From positions 99,060 to 163,059 of the forward strand of contig CAWDMT010000008.1 of the NCBI GenBank assembly GCA_963803485.1: a stretch of 64,000 nt of DNA, given 5' to 3'. Positions 36,335 to 47,073 of this stretch are shown in pieces. This stretch comes from an uncultured Alphaproteobacteria bacterium (GTDB lineage: Bacteria; Pseudomonadota; Alphaproteobacteria; Rhizobiales; Tepidamorphaceae). Position numbers and translations under genes: made by a program. How positions within the stretch are numbered: the first letter of the stretch is position 1; the number at the start of each line of letters is the position of its first letter. The notes under the pieces are model-generated. The model did no database searches and was not told where the DNA came from. It saw only the letters and a program-made list of their open reading frames with translations.

Positions 36335-37693
36335 CTACTGGGCTATCAGCTCGACCTCGGCGTCGACGCCCGGCTCGACCGTGAAGTCGCGGTTGTAGAG
36401 CCGGCCCTCGTGGCGGGCGACAACCGAATATCGGGCCGCCGGCGAGGACGTGGGTCGGGAAGGCGCCGAAGGAACTCCTTCACGACGTCTCCTCCAGGCG
36501 ACAGGATCGACCAGTTGGTGTTGGCCAGAGCCTCGCCGCCCGGCTCGTTCACGAGCTTGAGTGTGACGGTGGCGGCGCTGTGGTGGATGCGGGCGTCCGT
36601 GAGCTGCCCGGGCTGGACCCGGACGTCGGCGCGCACGATGGCGTTGGCGTCGCCGAACCGACTGACGATGTGATAGGCGCCCGGATTGAGCCGGATGATG
36701 TGGCCGGGATGCGCCTGTTCGACGATGAGGCGCCGCTGGCCGTATTCGTCCTGCTCCGAGGAATAGACCGAAATCGACAGGTGTCGCTCGGCGATCGGGC
36801 GGTCATCCCCGTCCACTCCGAGCAGCCGCAGGCCGCCCGCATTGAGAGTGATCTCCTCCTGCGCCGGGCCGGCCCGCAGGGAGACCCGGCGCGCGGTGTT
36901 GGCGCGACCGTAGGCGACGTGGACAATGTAGTCGTCGGCTGGAAGCACGAACGAAGGCGCCGGCAGATCGCTTTCCTCGATCAGCTCGAAGGTCCCGTCG
37001 CTGGTGGGAATGGAGCGGAAAACCCTCCACACGAGGCCGTTCGACAATCGTCCGGACTCGTCGGTCAGCCGCGCCGCCAGCGTTAGCGGGAAGCTCTCCT
37101 GCGGTCCGATCTGGACGTCGGGCTCGGCCTCCTCGAACTCGAGACCCCGCGCCGGCGACAGATCGATGCCCTCCATTGTGAAGGCCGGGTGCTCTGGGTC
37201 GATCGGACCGGCGCCTTCGGGCATCGGCATGCCGACCGCGTTCTCCTCGCCGGCCGCAGCTGCCGGCGCAGCGTCAGCCGGACCGCCGGTCCCGGCGGCC
37301 ACATTGGCGGGATTCCGAAGGCGTGTCCGGGTCGGGGCGAGGGCGCGGCAGCGGCGGGTCGGTCACCGCGATTGCCGCCGGTGCGCTTCTTGCCGGTTGG
37401 CGAGCGGGCGCAGACTGCTGTTGCGCAGGCGGGGCGGGCTCGGATTGCGGGGCGGCGGGCGCGGTCTCCGATTGCGGCTGTGCGGTTTCGGCAGTCGGCG
37501 GGGTGTCGGGTTCCGGCTCGATGGCTGGGGCCGGCGGCTCGGCGGGCTCTTCCCGGGCCGTGACCGGTGCGGAGGGATCATTGCTCTGGGCAAAGGCCCA
37601 GTGCGCGCCCATGATCAAGGACAACGCCGCCGCCGCAGTCACAACGAGCCGGTATCCGCGGCCGTTTGCGGCCTTTGACGCTCCATCGGACAT
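36335..37693 (-). pseudogene. Secreted protein of unknown function: signal peptide, Pro/Ala-rich linker, three beta-sandwich-like repeats; frame changes
   Basis: MSDGASKAANGRGYRLVVTAAAALSLIMGAHWAFAQ plus a PAPE-rich linker (37274-37693). Body 36346-37302. The end YSVVARHEGRLYNRDFTVEPGVDAEVELIAQ* is in another frame. Recurrent motif Y-h-V-x-h-x-x-G...V-x-V-x-x-G. Confidence 0.55.
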
Positions 37694-37974
37694 CAGCTGT
37701 CAGGGTCCGTACGCACTTTCCTGCGGTCGAGTATCCGGCCAGCGCCGGGCGCTCACCATTCCGACGCGACTGTGGCATCCGCGCGGCATTGCCGTCGGCG
37801 GGCGGGATCATGCCGAGTCGGACGGGCGTGGGCAAGTTGCCTTAACGGCGGAATCGGTGCTGAAAACTCGGGGCCCCGGTGCCCGACCGCGGGCTCAGGA
37901 CCTCGAATTGACAGCGATTGCCCGTCGTGCAGGTATCTGACCCGCTCTATTTCCATAACGATCACGAACCGTCG

Positions 37975-38553
37975 ATGCCGAAGAACGCCGAAGCGCTCGC
38001 CCACCTTCTGTCCCGCCGCAGCATCCCGGCCGTTCGACTCACCGAGCCGGCGCCCGGTGCCGACGATCTCGACGCGATGCTGACTGCGGCGATTCGCGTA
38101 CCCGATCACGGCAAGCTCGCGCCGTGGCGCTTCATCCTCGTGGAGGGGGAAGAACGGCGCCGGTTCACCGATGCGCTGATCGCCATCTGGCGTGCCGGCA
38201 ACCCCGACGCCAGCGCCGAGGCGGAGGCGATCGAGAGGGGCAAGCGCACCGGGGCCCCCACTGTCGTTATCGTGATCAGTCGAGCCGCGGAGCATCCCAA
38301 GATCCCGGTCTGGGAGCAGGAGCTGTCGGCGGGCGCGGCCTGCATGAACCTCGTACACGCGGCGCACGCCAGCGGATACGCCGCCCAGTGGCTCACCGGC
38401 TGGCCGGCTTATGACGAGGCGGTGGCCAGGCTCCTGGGCTTGTCGGAGGGCGAGCGGGTGGCGGGTTTCATCAGTGTCGGCACGCCGTCCGAGGCACCCG
38501 TCGAACGCGACCGGCCGGAGCCCGAGGCGCTCGTCAGCCGCTGGAAGGGGTGA
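37975..38553 (+). CDS. Nitroreductase-family protein
   Basis: LLSRRSIPAVRL...IRVPDHGKLAPWRFILVEGEER...AAQWLTGWPAYD are typical nitroreductase-fold blocks. I prefer ATG 37975 over TTG 37918. Confidence 0.78.
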   Translation: MPKNAEALAHLLSRRSIPAVRLTEPAPGADDLDAMLTAAIRVPDHGKLAPWRFILVEGEERRRFTDALIAIWRAGNPDASAEAEAIERGKRTGAPTVVIVISRAAEHPKIPVWEQELSAGAACMNLVHAAHASGYAAQWLTGWPAYDEAVARLLGLSEGERVAGFISVGTPSEAPVERDRPEPEALVSRWKG

Positions 38554-38562
38554 CGCCGGTCC

Positions 38563-39267
38563 ATGGCGATCCGCGGCATCCTTCTCGACAAGGACGGGAC
38601 GCTGATCGACTGCGACCTGACGTGGGCGCCGATCCTGCGGCTTCTGGCAGAAGAGATGAAGCCGCCGGGGCAGGTGGACGATCTGGTGGATGGGGCGGGC
38701 CTCGATCCGGCCACGGGCCGACTGCGCGCGGGGTCGACATGGGCGGCAGGTTCCACGATCGATCTGGTCCGGCTCTGGTGGCCCGAGGCCGACAAGGCCG
38801 CCGTCGACGCGCTTCGGCATCGCATCGATGGCATCTGCGCCGATCACAGTCCGCGGACTTCAGTGCCGCTGATAGATCTCGCGGAATTCATGGAGATGAT
38901 CGCCGCCCGCGGTCTCGAAGCGGGGATCGCTACGAACGATTCCACGGCCTCGGTAAAGGCATTCCTGGAGGCGCAAGGTCTCGCCGACCGCATTGCCCAT
39001 GTGATCGGCTATGACAGTGTGGCCACCCCGAAGCCGGCGCCGGACATGGTGCACCGCTTCTGTGAGATGGCCGGGTTGACCCCGGTCGAGATCGCCGTCG
39101 TCGGCGACAACACGCACGATCTGGAAATGGGCCGGGCCGCGGGGGCGGGAGCGGTGCTGGGGGTCCTCAGCGGCAACGGATCGCGGGCCGACCTCGAACC
39201 GCTGGCCGATGCGATACTCGACAGCGTCGCCGACCTGGCGGCATGGCTCGACGCGAACGAACGATAG
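38563..39267 (+). CDS. HAD-superfamily hydrolase (phosphoglycolate phosphatase-like)
   Basis: Motif I ILLDKDGTLID, motif II ATNDS, motif IV VGDNTHDLEMGRAAG. Confidence 0.8.
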   Translation: MAIRGILLDKDGTLIDCDLTWAPILRLLAEEMKPPGQVDDLVDGAGLDPATGRLRAGSTWAAGSTIDLVRLWWPEADKAAVDALRHRIDGICADHSPRTSVPLIDLAEFMEMIAARGLEAGIATNDSTASVKAFLEAQGLADRIAHVIGYDSVATPKPAPDMVHRFCEMAGLTPVEIAVVGDNTHDLEMGRAAGAGAVLGVLSGNGSRADLEPLADAILDSVADLAAWLDANER

Positions 39268-39282
39268 CGACAGGGAGACCGG

Positions 39283-39886
39283 ATGTTCTACGACGCGGTG
39301 AAGAACGAGCACGGACTGAAGCACGACCCCTTCAAGGCGCTCGTCGTGCCGCGGCCGATCGGTTGGGTGACGAGCCTCAGCCCGGACGGCAAGGTCAACC
39401 TGGCTCCCTACAGCTATTTCAACGCGCTCTCCCAGGCGCCGCATATCGTCGGCTTCTCCAGCGACGGCTGGAAGGACAGCGTGGCCAACGTCTCCGAAAC
39501 GAAGGAGTTCGTCTGCAATCTCGCGACGTGGGAGCTGCGTGAGAAGATGAACGCCTCGTCGGCCGACGTGCCGGCGGACGTTCGACGAGATGGAACTCGC
39601 CGGCCTCGAAGCCGCGCCGTCGCGGATCGTCAAGCCGCCGCGGGTGAAGGCCTCGCCGGTGGCCCTGGAATGCAAGCTCTTGCAGACCGTCAAGCTGATG
39701 GACCTCGAGGGCAACCATTCGAACCGCTGGCTGACCATCGGCCAGGTGGTCGGCGTCCACATCGACGACGCGCTGATCGAGGATGGGCTGGTGGATATCA
39801 CGCGGGCCAAGCCCATCTCCCGGCTCGGATACCGGGACTATGCGGTGATCGAGTCCGTATTCGCGATGGTTCGCCCCGAGGTCTGA
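39283..39886 (+). pseudogene. Flavin reductase-like (FMN-binding split-barrel) protein, one frame change near 39580
   Basis: FKALVVPRPIGWVTSLSPDGKVNLAPYSYFNALS... (39283 frame). Then ELAGLEAAPSRIVKPPRVKASPVALECKL...ISRLGYRDYAVI (39590 frame). Confidence 0.8.
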
Positions 39887-39904
39887 CGGGTGTAGGCTTC
39901 AGGA

Positions 39905-40339
39905 ATGTCGGTCCATCTCATCAAGCTCTGCGTCGGGGCGGATTTGGTCGAGGACCTCTCGGCCTGGATCGGGTCGCGACAGTCTGACCGCCGTCGTCGC
40001 GGGGAGCCTGCCGAACATATCCATACGACGCGGATGACGCCCTCGCGGCGCGCGGAACTGCTCGATGGCGGATCGCTCTACTGGGTCATCAGGGGCGTGA
40101 TCCAGTGCCGGCAGCAGCTGATCGACATCCGGCCGGTGGTGGACGGAGACGGACTATCGCGCTGCCAGCTCGTCATGTTGCCGGAGCTGGTTCTGGTGTC
40201 GCCCAGGCCCCGCGGTCCGTTCCAGGGTTGGCGCTATCTCGAGGCCGCCGACGCGCCGCAGGATATCGCCGCCGGCGCGGACACCGGCGACATGCCCCTG
40301 GAGATGCGGCGCGAACTCGCCGAGCTCGGGCTGTTGTGA
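39905..40339 (+). CDS. DUF1489-family protein
   Basis: MSVHLIKLCVGADLVEDLSAWI...GGSLYWVIRGVIQCRQ resembles the conserved alphaproteobacterial DUF1489 pattern (recalled from memory). Confidence 0.6.
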   Translation: MSVHLIKLCVGADLVEDLSAWIGSRQSDRRRRGEPAEHIHTTRMTPSRRAELLDGGSLYWVIRGVIQCRQQLIDIRPVVDGDGLSRCQLVMLPELVLVSPRPRGPFQGWRYLEAADAPQDIAAGADTGDMPLEMRRELAELGLL

Positions 40340-40424
40340 GTTCTGCCGAGCCAGCCCCGCCAGATGTTGCGAATTGGCGGTCGTGCGCCATCTTTACCCC
40401 GATGAACGAGCATCCGTCAGGACG

Positions 40425-41159
40425 ATGAGCCGGGAACCGAAGATACCTGCGCAGCGCGAGGAGGGACGCGACGTCTCCGGGACGAGCGCGCGCTCCGAGA
40501 TCGATGCATTCCTCGTCAGGGCTCGAACCATGAGCTCGAGCCGCGCGCCGGGATCGCGCGGACGGCTGATTTTCGCGCTCGATGCAACCATGAGCCGGCA
40601 GCCGACCTGGGACCAGGCCTGCAAGCTGCAGGCGGAGATGTTCAACGAGACGGCGGCGATCGGCGGCCTCGAAGTGCAACTCGTCTATTTCCGCGGCTTC
40701 GGCGAATGCCGTTCGAGCAAGTGGGTGGACGATCCCCGCCGGCTCGCGGAGATGATGACCCGGATCGATTGCCGTGGCGGCGCGACCCAGATCGGCAAGG
40801 TCCTCAAGCACACCCGCGACGAGGCCCGCAAGAAGCCGGTCCAAGCGCTCGTCTACATCGGCGATGCGATGGAGGAGTTCGTCGACCGGCTGTGCGCGAT
40901 CGCCGGGGAGATCGGACTTCTTGGAATGCCGGCCTTCATGTTTCACGAAGGGCCGGACCAAATCGCGGGCAGCGCCTTCAAGGAGATCGCGAGACTGACG
41001 GGTGGAGCGTATTGCCGGTTCGACTCCGGATCGGCGCAGCAGCTGCGAGAACTTCTATCGGCGGTCGCGGTCTATGCGGCCGGCGGCCGGGCGGCGCTCG
41101 AGGACTACGGGCGGAAAAGCGGCCCGCAGACGCGCCTCCTCATCGAACAGATGCGCTGA
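40425..41159 (+). CDS. von Willebrand factor A (VWA) domain protein
   Basis: [13 protein letters not shown] is a MIDAS-like DxTx[27 protein letters not shown] prefer ATG 40425 over TTG 40374. Confidence 0.72.
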   Translation: MSREPKIPAQREEGRDVSGTSARSEIDAFLVRARTMSSSRAPGSRGRLIFALDATMSRQPTWDQACKLQAEMFNETAAIGGLEVQLVYFRGFGECRSSKWVDDPRRLAEMMTRIDCRGGATQIGKVLKHTRDEARKKPVQALVYIGDAMEEFVDRLCAIAGEIGLLGMPAFMFHEGPDQIAGSAFKEIARLTGGAYCRFDSGSAQQLRELLSAVAVYAAGGRAALEDYGRKSGPQTRLLIEQMR

Positions 41160-41172
41160 GGCACGGCCGTCG

Positions 41173-41891
41173 ATGGGATACTTCTTTCTCGGCCTCGTCA
41201 TACTCGTGCTCGGTATCCTCGCGACACGCTGGTTCGTCAGCGCGGACGCTGCCGTGGTGGCGCGGCGGCTCCGTAAGGGGGCGGGGATCGGGCTGCTGGG
41301 ACTCGCCGGCGTGTTCATGCTGACCGGCCGCTGGATACTCGCCTTCCCGGCGGCGGCGTTCGGTCTCTCGCTGCTCGGACGGGGCGGCCTCATGCCGTTC
41401 GACTTCGGAGCGCAGACCTCGCGCAGCGGCGGACAGACGTCCACCGTGCGCTCGGCATGGATCGAGATGACGCTCGATCACGACAGCGGTCGAATGGAAG
41501 GTCGGGTGAGGCGAGGGCCGTACGCCGGCACAATGCTCGACGACCTCGACCGGGAGCAGGTCCTGGACCTGCTCGCCGAACTCGACGACGCGGAGAGCCG
41601 GCAGCTACTCGAAGCTTATCTCGACCGCCGGGAGCCCGGCTGGCGTGACGACGGACATGGTGACACGGCAGCGGGGCACGGAGGCATGCCGTCCGGCGGC
41701 GGGCCAATGACGCCTGAGGAGGCCTATGAGATACTGGGCGTGACGCCTGGGCCGGCGAGGGCGACATTCGACGCGCCCACCGGGACCTGATGATGAAGGT
41801 TCATCCCGATAGGGGTGGCTCCACCTACCTGGCCGCCAAGATCAACGAGGCCAAGGAACTTCTGCTTCGCAAACATCGCGGCCGCTCCTGA
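41173..41891 (+). pseudogene. Membrane-anchored J-domain (DnaJ-like) protein, one frame change near 41750
   Basis: Three hydrophobic segments at the N-terminus. [12 protein letters not shown] is then, after a 1-nt shift, followed by [39 protein letters not shown] with the HPD motif. Confidence 0.75.
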
Positions 41892-41899
41892 GCTCTCCC

Positions 41900-43262
41900 T
41901 CAGTTGCGGGCCGAGAAGCAGCCGAAGGAGCGGCGCTTCAACTCGGCGCAGGCCTGGTCGGCGCCGCCGCGGTCGAAGCCGGCGAAGCGGGCCCGCCATA
42001 GCGTCGAGCCGTTGGACTGAACCGTCTCGGTAAAGGCGGATGCGCCGCTAAGCGCGCCCGACACCTGCGAGCGGGCACGGTCGAGCGAGTCCCTTCGCGA
42101 GGGCTTCGGTCGCAAAGGCGCCGATCTGGATCACGTAATCGCCCGCCGCACGGGGTTCGGCGGTCGCGGAACCCTCCTCGGGAAATTCGGCGAACTGCGG
42201 GTCCTGGGAAACCTGGGCGACGAGCGCGCCGAGGGCCTGCTGTTCCTGCAACGGATAGGGCCGCCCGGCCGACGCCGCGACGAGCGTTGCGGGAACGGTC
42301 GTCGAGGGGACGAGGATCGGAGCCGATGCCGTTTGCGTTGTGACGGGCATGGACGGATCGTGGTTAGGACGCGCCTGCGGCATCGGAGGGTTGGAGACCA
42401 GGAGCTGCTGTGCGCCGCGGGCAGCATTGGGCAGGGCGTTGGCCAGGATTTCGCGCATGTGGGCGTCGCGGCTGGCGCCGGTGCGGCCGCCCATGACGAC
42501 GGCGACGAGATGCTTGCCGTCGCGGCGCATGTTGGCGACGAGGTTGAAGCCCGAGGCGCGGATGAATCCGGTCTTCATGCCGTCGACGCCCTGCACCTGG
42601 CCGAGCAGGCGATTGTGGTTGCGGAAGGTGGTGCCGCGCCAGGACGCCGAGCGGGTGTTGAAGTAGTGGTAGTACTGCGGGAAGCGCTTCTGGACCGCGA
42701 GCGCGAGCGTGACGATGTCGCGGGCGGTCGTCACCTGACCGCTGTTCGGCAGGCCGTGGGGATTGCGGAACGTCGTCCGGCTCATCCCGATGCTGCGCGC
42801 GGTCTTCGTCATGCGGTCGGCGAACGCCGAGACGCTTCCGCTGACGTTCTCGGCGACGACGACTGCGACGTCGTTGGCCGACTTCGTGATGAGAAGCTTG
42901 ATGGCGTCCTCGACACTGATCGTCTGGCCGGCCCTGATCCCGATCTTCGAGGGGGCCTGGTCGGCTGCGTTCTGGGAGGCCGTCAACGGGCTGTTCGGCT
43001 GAAGCCGGCCGGCGGCCAGTTCCTCGAACAGGATGTATACGGTCATCACCTTGGTGATCGACGCCGGGAAGCGGTGCTCGTCAGCGTAGCGCGAGAAGTG
43101 CGTCTGGCCGCTGTTGGCGTCGAAGACGATCGCGGCATAGCGCGGATTGGCGTCGGCCGGAGCGGTCGCGGCGAGCATCGCCCCGACGGCTAGTGCGGCG
43201 ACGAGAAAGCGGGCGGACCCGCCGAGGATGCCGGTCGAAACGCGCCGGAGAACGCCGATCAT
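41900..43262 (-). pseudogene. D-alanyl-D-alanine carboxypeptidase (S11, PBP5/6-like) with C-terminal SPOR domain, one frame change near 42090
   Basis: Signal peptide. SITKVMT (SxxK), KSANDV (SxN), KTGF (KTG). SPOR-like YVIQIGAF...STLWRARFAGFDRGGADQACAELKRRSFGCFSARN* is in the 41900 frame. Confidence 0.85.
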
Positions 43263-43546
43263 GGATTGAACCCCATTACCCTGTCTGGGCATGCCGAAGG
43301 AGCGTCCGACCCCAAGGTCGACGTTAGCCCGATTCCCACCGAATGAGAGACTGGACCCCAACGGAACCACCCGTACGCAATACACTCGCTTTCCCCGATA
43401 GGGCGAGACCATCCCGCATAGCCATGCCGACGGCCGCGCCCTTGCCCCGATGGAGGAAGCTAGAGGGCGCGAGTTAGGAAATCGTAAAGCTTGTCGAAAA
43501 GACGGCCGGGTTCCGGCCAGTGAAATGGTGCAGTGCAAAATGAATG

Positions 43547-43574
43547 TTGACTTTCATGCTGCATTGCATATATC
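43547..43574 (+). promoter_or_regulatory. Putative sigma-70 promoter of the phasin gene with an embedded CTGC-N3-GCA(T) PhaR-like box
   Basis: TTGACT (43547-52), 16 nt spacer, TATATC (43569-74). The spacer contains TGCTGCATTGCA (43557-68). Confidence 0.4.
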
Positions 43575-43648
43575 TGCCCTTGAAATGCCCGGTGGGGAGC
43601 GGCCCCGCCAAAGAAAGCCCCCTAACTCACGTCTTGAGGAGAGCCCCG

Positions 43649-43981
43649 ATGATCAATGGTTTCGAGGACTTCCAGAAGCTCGGCAAGGACAACATGGACC
43701 TTGCCATGAAGAGCTTCGGCACCGTCAGCAAGAGCTGGCAGGCCATCGCGGTCGAGGTTGCCGACTATTCGAAGAAGTCCTTCGAGGAAGGCGCCGCCAC
43801 GTTCGAGAAGCTGGCTTCGGCCAAGTCGCTCGACAAGGCGATGGAGATCCAGAGCGACTTCGTGAAGTCGTCCTACGAAGGCTTCGTGGCCCAGGCCACC
43901 AAGATGGGCGAACTGTACGTCGATCTCGCCAAGGACGCCTACAAGCCGTTCGAGAGCGCGGTTGCCAAGGTCGCCAAGTAA
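43649..43981 (+). CDS. phaP: Phasin (PHA granule-associated protein)
   Basis: MINGFEDFQKLGKDNMDLAMKSFGTVSKSWQAIAVEVADYSKKSFEEG... is a typical alphaproteobacterial phasin_2 sequence. A strong terminator follows. Confidence 0.85.
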   Translation: MINGFEDFQKLGKDNMDLAMKSFGTVSKSWQAIAVEVADYSKKSFEEGAATFEKLASAKSLDKAMEIQSDFVKSSYEGFVAQATKMGELYVDLAKDAYKPFESAVAKVAK

Positions 43982-44017
43982 GGCGCCGACCCGCTTCAAA
44001 ATTTCCCAGAATGCAGA

Positions 44018-44046
44018 AGCCCGGCCGGTCTGGCCGGGCTTTTTTG
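44018..44046 (+). terminator. Rho-independent terminator of the phasin gene
   Basis: AGCCCGGCC-GGTCT-GGCCGGGCT followed by TTTTTG. Confidence 0.8.
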
Positions 44047-44219
44047 CGTTTGGCTTCAGCGCGCCGGTGGAAGAATGCCCGTCCGAGACTTATGTTATCG
44101 GACATCTGGCAACCGAGCGGGGACGCTCCTAGAATGCTGACCAGGCGGTTGGGATCGCTTCGGGCGGAAATTCGCCGGGTCGTGCGTCGCGAACCGAAAG
44201 ATCCCGGAAGGCAAAGGTG

Positions 44220-44585
44220 ATGGGCAGACTGGAGACGTCCGGCGGCCGGCCGATCGTCATGAGGATGAGCCGGCAGAACAGCGACGGCGATACGGGAACC
44301 GGCATCGTCACGCGGACCCGGACGCGCACCAAAAGACCCAGTCTCTATCGCGTCCTGCTCCTGAACGACGACTACACGCCGATGGAATTCGTCGTTCACG
44401 TCCTCGAGCGCTTCTTCAACAAGGGACGCGAGGATTCGACACGTATCATGCTGCACGTTCACCACCACGGCGTGGGGGAGTGCGGGGTATTCACATACGA
44501 GGTGGCTGAAACCAAGGTGACCCAGGTCATGGATTTCGCCCGGAAGCACCAGCATCCGCTACAGTGCGTCATGGAAAAGAAGTAG
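44220..44585 (+). CDS. clpS: ATP-dependent Clp protease adaptor ClpS
   Basis: [29 protein letters not shown]...[20 protein letters not shown] is the ClpS core. Confidence 0.92.
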   Translation: MGRLETSGGRPIVMRMSRQNSDGDTGTGIVTRTRTRTKRPSLYRVLLLNDDYTPMEFVVHVLERFFNKGREDSTRIMLHVHHHGVGECGVFTYEVAETKVTQVMDFARKHQHPLQCVMEKK

Positions 44586-44595
44586 GATCGAGCCC

Positions 44596-47034
44596 TTGCC
44601 ATCGTTCTCACGCAGTCTCGAACAGGCCCTTCACCGAGCGCTCGCCTTCGCGAACGAGCGGCACCACGAGTATGCGACGCTGGAGCACCTGCTGCTGGCG
44701 CTCATCGAGGACCAGGACGCGGCCGCCGTCATGCGCGCCTGCAACGTGGACCTCGACGTTCTGCGGCAGAACCTCGTCGAGTATATCGACGGCGAACTCG
44801 ACAACCTGATCACCGATCTCGGCGAGGACTCCAAGCCGACGGCGGGGTTCCAGCGCGTCATCCAGCGCGCCGTCATTCACGTGCAGTCGTCGGGACGGGA
44901 GGAGGTGACAGGGGCGAACGTGCTCGTGGCGATATTCGCAGAGCGCGAGAGCCACGCCGCCTACTTCCTCCAGGAACAGGACATGACGCGCTACGATGCC
45001 GTCAACTACATCAGTCACGGCATCGCCAAGCGCCCGGGATATTCGGAGACCCGTACCGTGCGTGGCAGCGACGACGAAGCCGCAGAGGCGGAAGAAGGCG
45101 AGAAGAAGAAGTCGGACGCCCTCGAGGCCTACTGCATCAACCTCAACGAGAAGGCCCGCGAGGGCCGGGTGGACCCGCTGATCGGCCGCGAGGCCGAACT
45201 GAGGCGGACGATCCAGGTCCTGTGCCGGCGCCAGAAGAACAACCCGCTGTTCGTCGGCGATCCCGGCGTCGGTAAGACCGCCATCGCGGAAGGGCTGGCG
45301 CGGCGGATCATCCACAACGAGGTGCCCGAGGTCCTCGCCAAGGCGACGATCTTCCAGCTCGACATGGGCTCGCTGCTCGCGGGAACCCGCTATCGCGGCG
45401 ACTTCGAGGAGCGGCTGAAGGCGGTCGTCAAGGAGATCGAGAAGTATCCCGGCGCGATCATGTTCATCGATGAGATCCACACGGTGATCGGCGCCGGCGC
45501 GACGTCCGGCGGCGCGATGGACGCATCGAACCTGTTGAAGCCGGCCTTGCAGAGCGGCCAGCTCCGCTGCATCGGCTCCACCACCTACAAGGAGTACCGC
45601 CAGTACTTCGAGAAGGACCGCGCACTCGTGCGGCGGTTCCAGAAGATCGACGTCGCCGAGCCGACGGTTCCGGACGCGATCAAGATCCTCAAGGGGCTGA
45701 AGCCCTATTTCGAGGAGTTCCACGGCCTGCGCTACACCAACGAGGCGATCACCTCGGCGGTCGAGCTCGCCGCGCGGCACATCCACGACCGCAAGCTGCC
45801 CGACAAGGCGATCGACGTGATCGACGAGACCGGCGCGTCGCAAATGCTGCTGCCGCCGTCGCGGCGCAGGCGCGTGATCGGGGTCAAGGACGTGGAGGCC
45901 ACCATCGCGACGATGGCGCGCATTCCGCCTAAGTCGGTTTCGAAGTCGGATGCCGAGGTGCTCGTCCACCTCAAGGACAACCTGCAGCGCACCGTTTTCG
46001 GCCAGGACAAGGCGATCGAGGCGCTGTCGGCGGCGATCAAGCTCGCCCGGGCGGGCCTGCGCGAGCCGGAGAAGCCGATCGGCAACTACCTGTTCTCCGG
46101 CCCGACCGGCGTCGGCAAGACGGAAGTCGCCAAGCAACTCGCCCAGCTCCTCGGCGTCGAGCTGCTGCGCTTCGACATGTCGGAGTACATGGAGCGGCAC
46201 ACCGTCTCGCGGCTGATCGGCGCACCTCCAGGCTATGTCGGGTTCGACCAGGGCGGACTCCTGACCGACGGCGTCGACCAGCACCCGCATTGCGTGCTCC
46301 TGCTCGACGAGATCGAGAAGGCGCATCCCGACCTGTTCAACATCCTCCTCCAGATCATGGATCACGGGAAGCTGACCGACCACAACGGCAAGCAGGTCGA
46401 TTTCCGCAACGTGATCCTGATCATGACCACAAACGCGGGCGCCGCCGATCTCGCCAAGCCGGCTATCGGCTTCGGGCGCACGAAGCGGGAGGGCGACGAC
46501 CAGGAGGCGATCAACCGGATGTTCGCACCGGAGTTCCGCAACCGGCTCGACGCGATCATCTCCTTCGGCAACCTGCCGACGGAAGTGGTGGCGATGGTGG
46601 TCGACAAGTTCGTCCTCCAGCTCGAGGCGCAGCTCGCCGACCGCGGGGTGACGATCGAACTGACGGAAGACGCCAACAAGTGGATCGCCGAGCGCGGCTA
46701 CGACGAGCAGATGGGCGCGCGGCCGCTGGCCCGTGTCATCCAGGAGCACATCAAGAAGCCGCTGGCCGACGAGGTGCTGTTCGGCAAGCTCAAGGATGGC
46801 GGCGTGGTGCGCGTCCTGGTGCAAGGCAAGGGACCGACCTCCACGCTCGGCTTCGACTATGTCGAGGAGGGGCGCCAGGCCAAGGCGCCGCCGCCGAAGG
46901 CGAAGCCGAAGCGTACGCCGAAGCCCAAGACGGCGCGTCCCAAGCCGAAGCGTCCGGCGAAGCCGAAGTCCGGCGGTGGCGGAAACGGGACGGGCGGTGC
47001 GACCGTCCCGAAGATCCCGCTGCCGAGCCAGTAA
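44596..47034 (+). CDS. clpA: ATP-dependent Clp protease ATP-binding subunit ClpA (TTG start) with Lys/Pro-rich C-terminal tail
   Basis: 812 aa uninterrupted. Clp N-domain. Two AAA+ modules ([30 protein letters not shown]). Immediately downstream of clpS. Confidence 0.95.
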   Translation: MPSFSRSLEQALHRALAFANERHHEYATLEHLLLALIEDQDAAAVMRACNVDLDVLRQNLVEYIDGELDNLITDLGEDSKPTAGFQRVIQRAVIHVQSSGREEVTGANVLVAIFAERESHAAYFLQEQDMTRYDAVNYISHGIAKRPGYSETRTVRGSDDEAAEAEEGEKKKSDALEAYCINLNEKAREGRVDPLIGREAELRRTIQVLCRRQKNNPLFVGDPGVGKTAIAEGLARRIIHNEVPEVLAKATIFQLDMGSLLAGTRYRGDFEERLKAVVKEIEKYPGAIMFIDEIHTVIGAGATSGGAMDASNLLKPALQSGQLRCIGSTTYKEYRQYFEKDRALVRRFQKIDVAEPTVPDAIKILKGLKPYFEEFHGLRYTNEAITSAVELAARHIHDRKLPDKAIDVIDETGASQMLLPPSRRRRVIGVKDVEATIATMARIPPKSVSKSDAEVLVHLKDNLQRTVFGQDKAIEALSAAIKLARAGLREPEKPIGNYLFSGPTGVGKTEVAKQLAQLLGVELLRFDMSEYMERHTVSRLIGAPPGYVGFDQGGLLTDGVDQHPHCVLLLDEIEKAHPDLFNILLQIMDHGKLTDHNGKQVDFRNVILIMTTNAGAADLAKPAIGFGRTKREGDDQEAINRMFAPEFRNRLDAIISFGNLPTEVVAMVVDKFVLQLEAQLADRGVTIELTEDANKWIAERGYDEQMGARPLARVIQEHIKKPLADEVLFGKLKDGGVVRVLVQGKGPTSTLGFDYVEEGRQAKAPPPKAKPKRTPKPKTARPKPKRPAKPKSGGGGNGTGGATVPKIPLPSQ

Positions 47035-47073
47035 GGTGTCGGCGAACGCGGCCGATCAGGCCGCAGATGCCCG

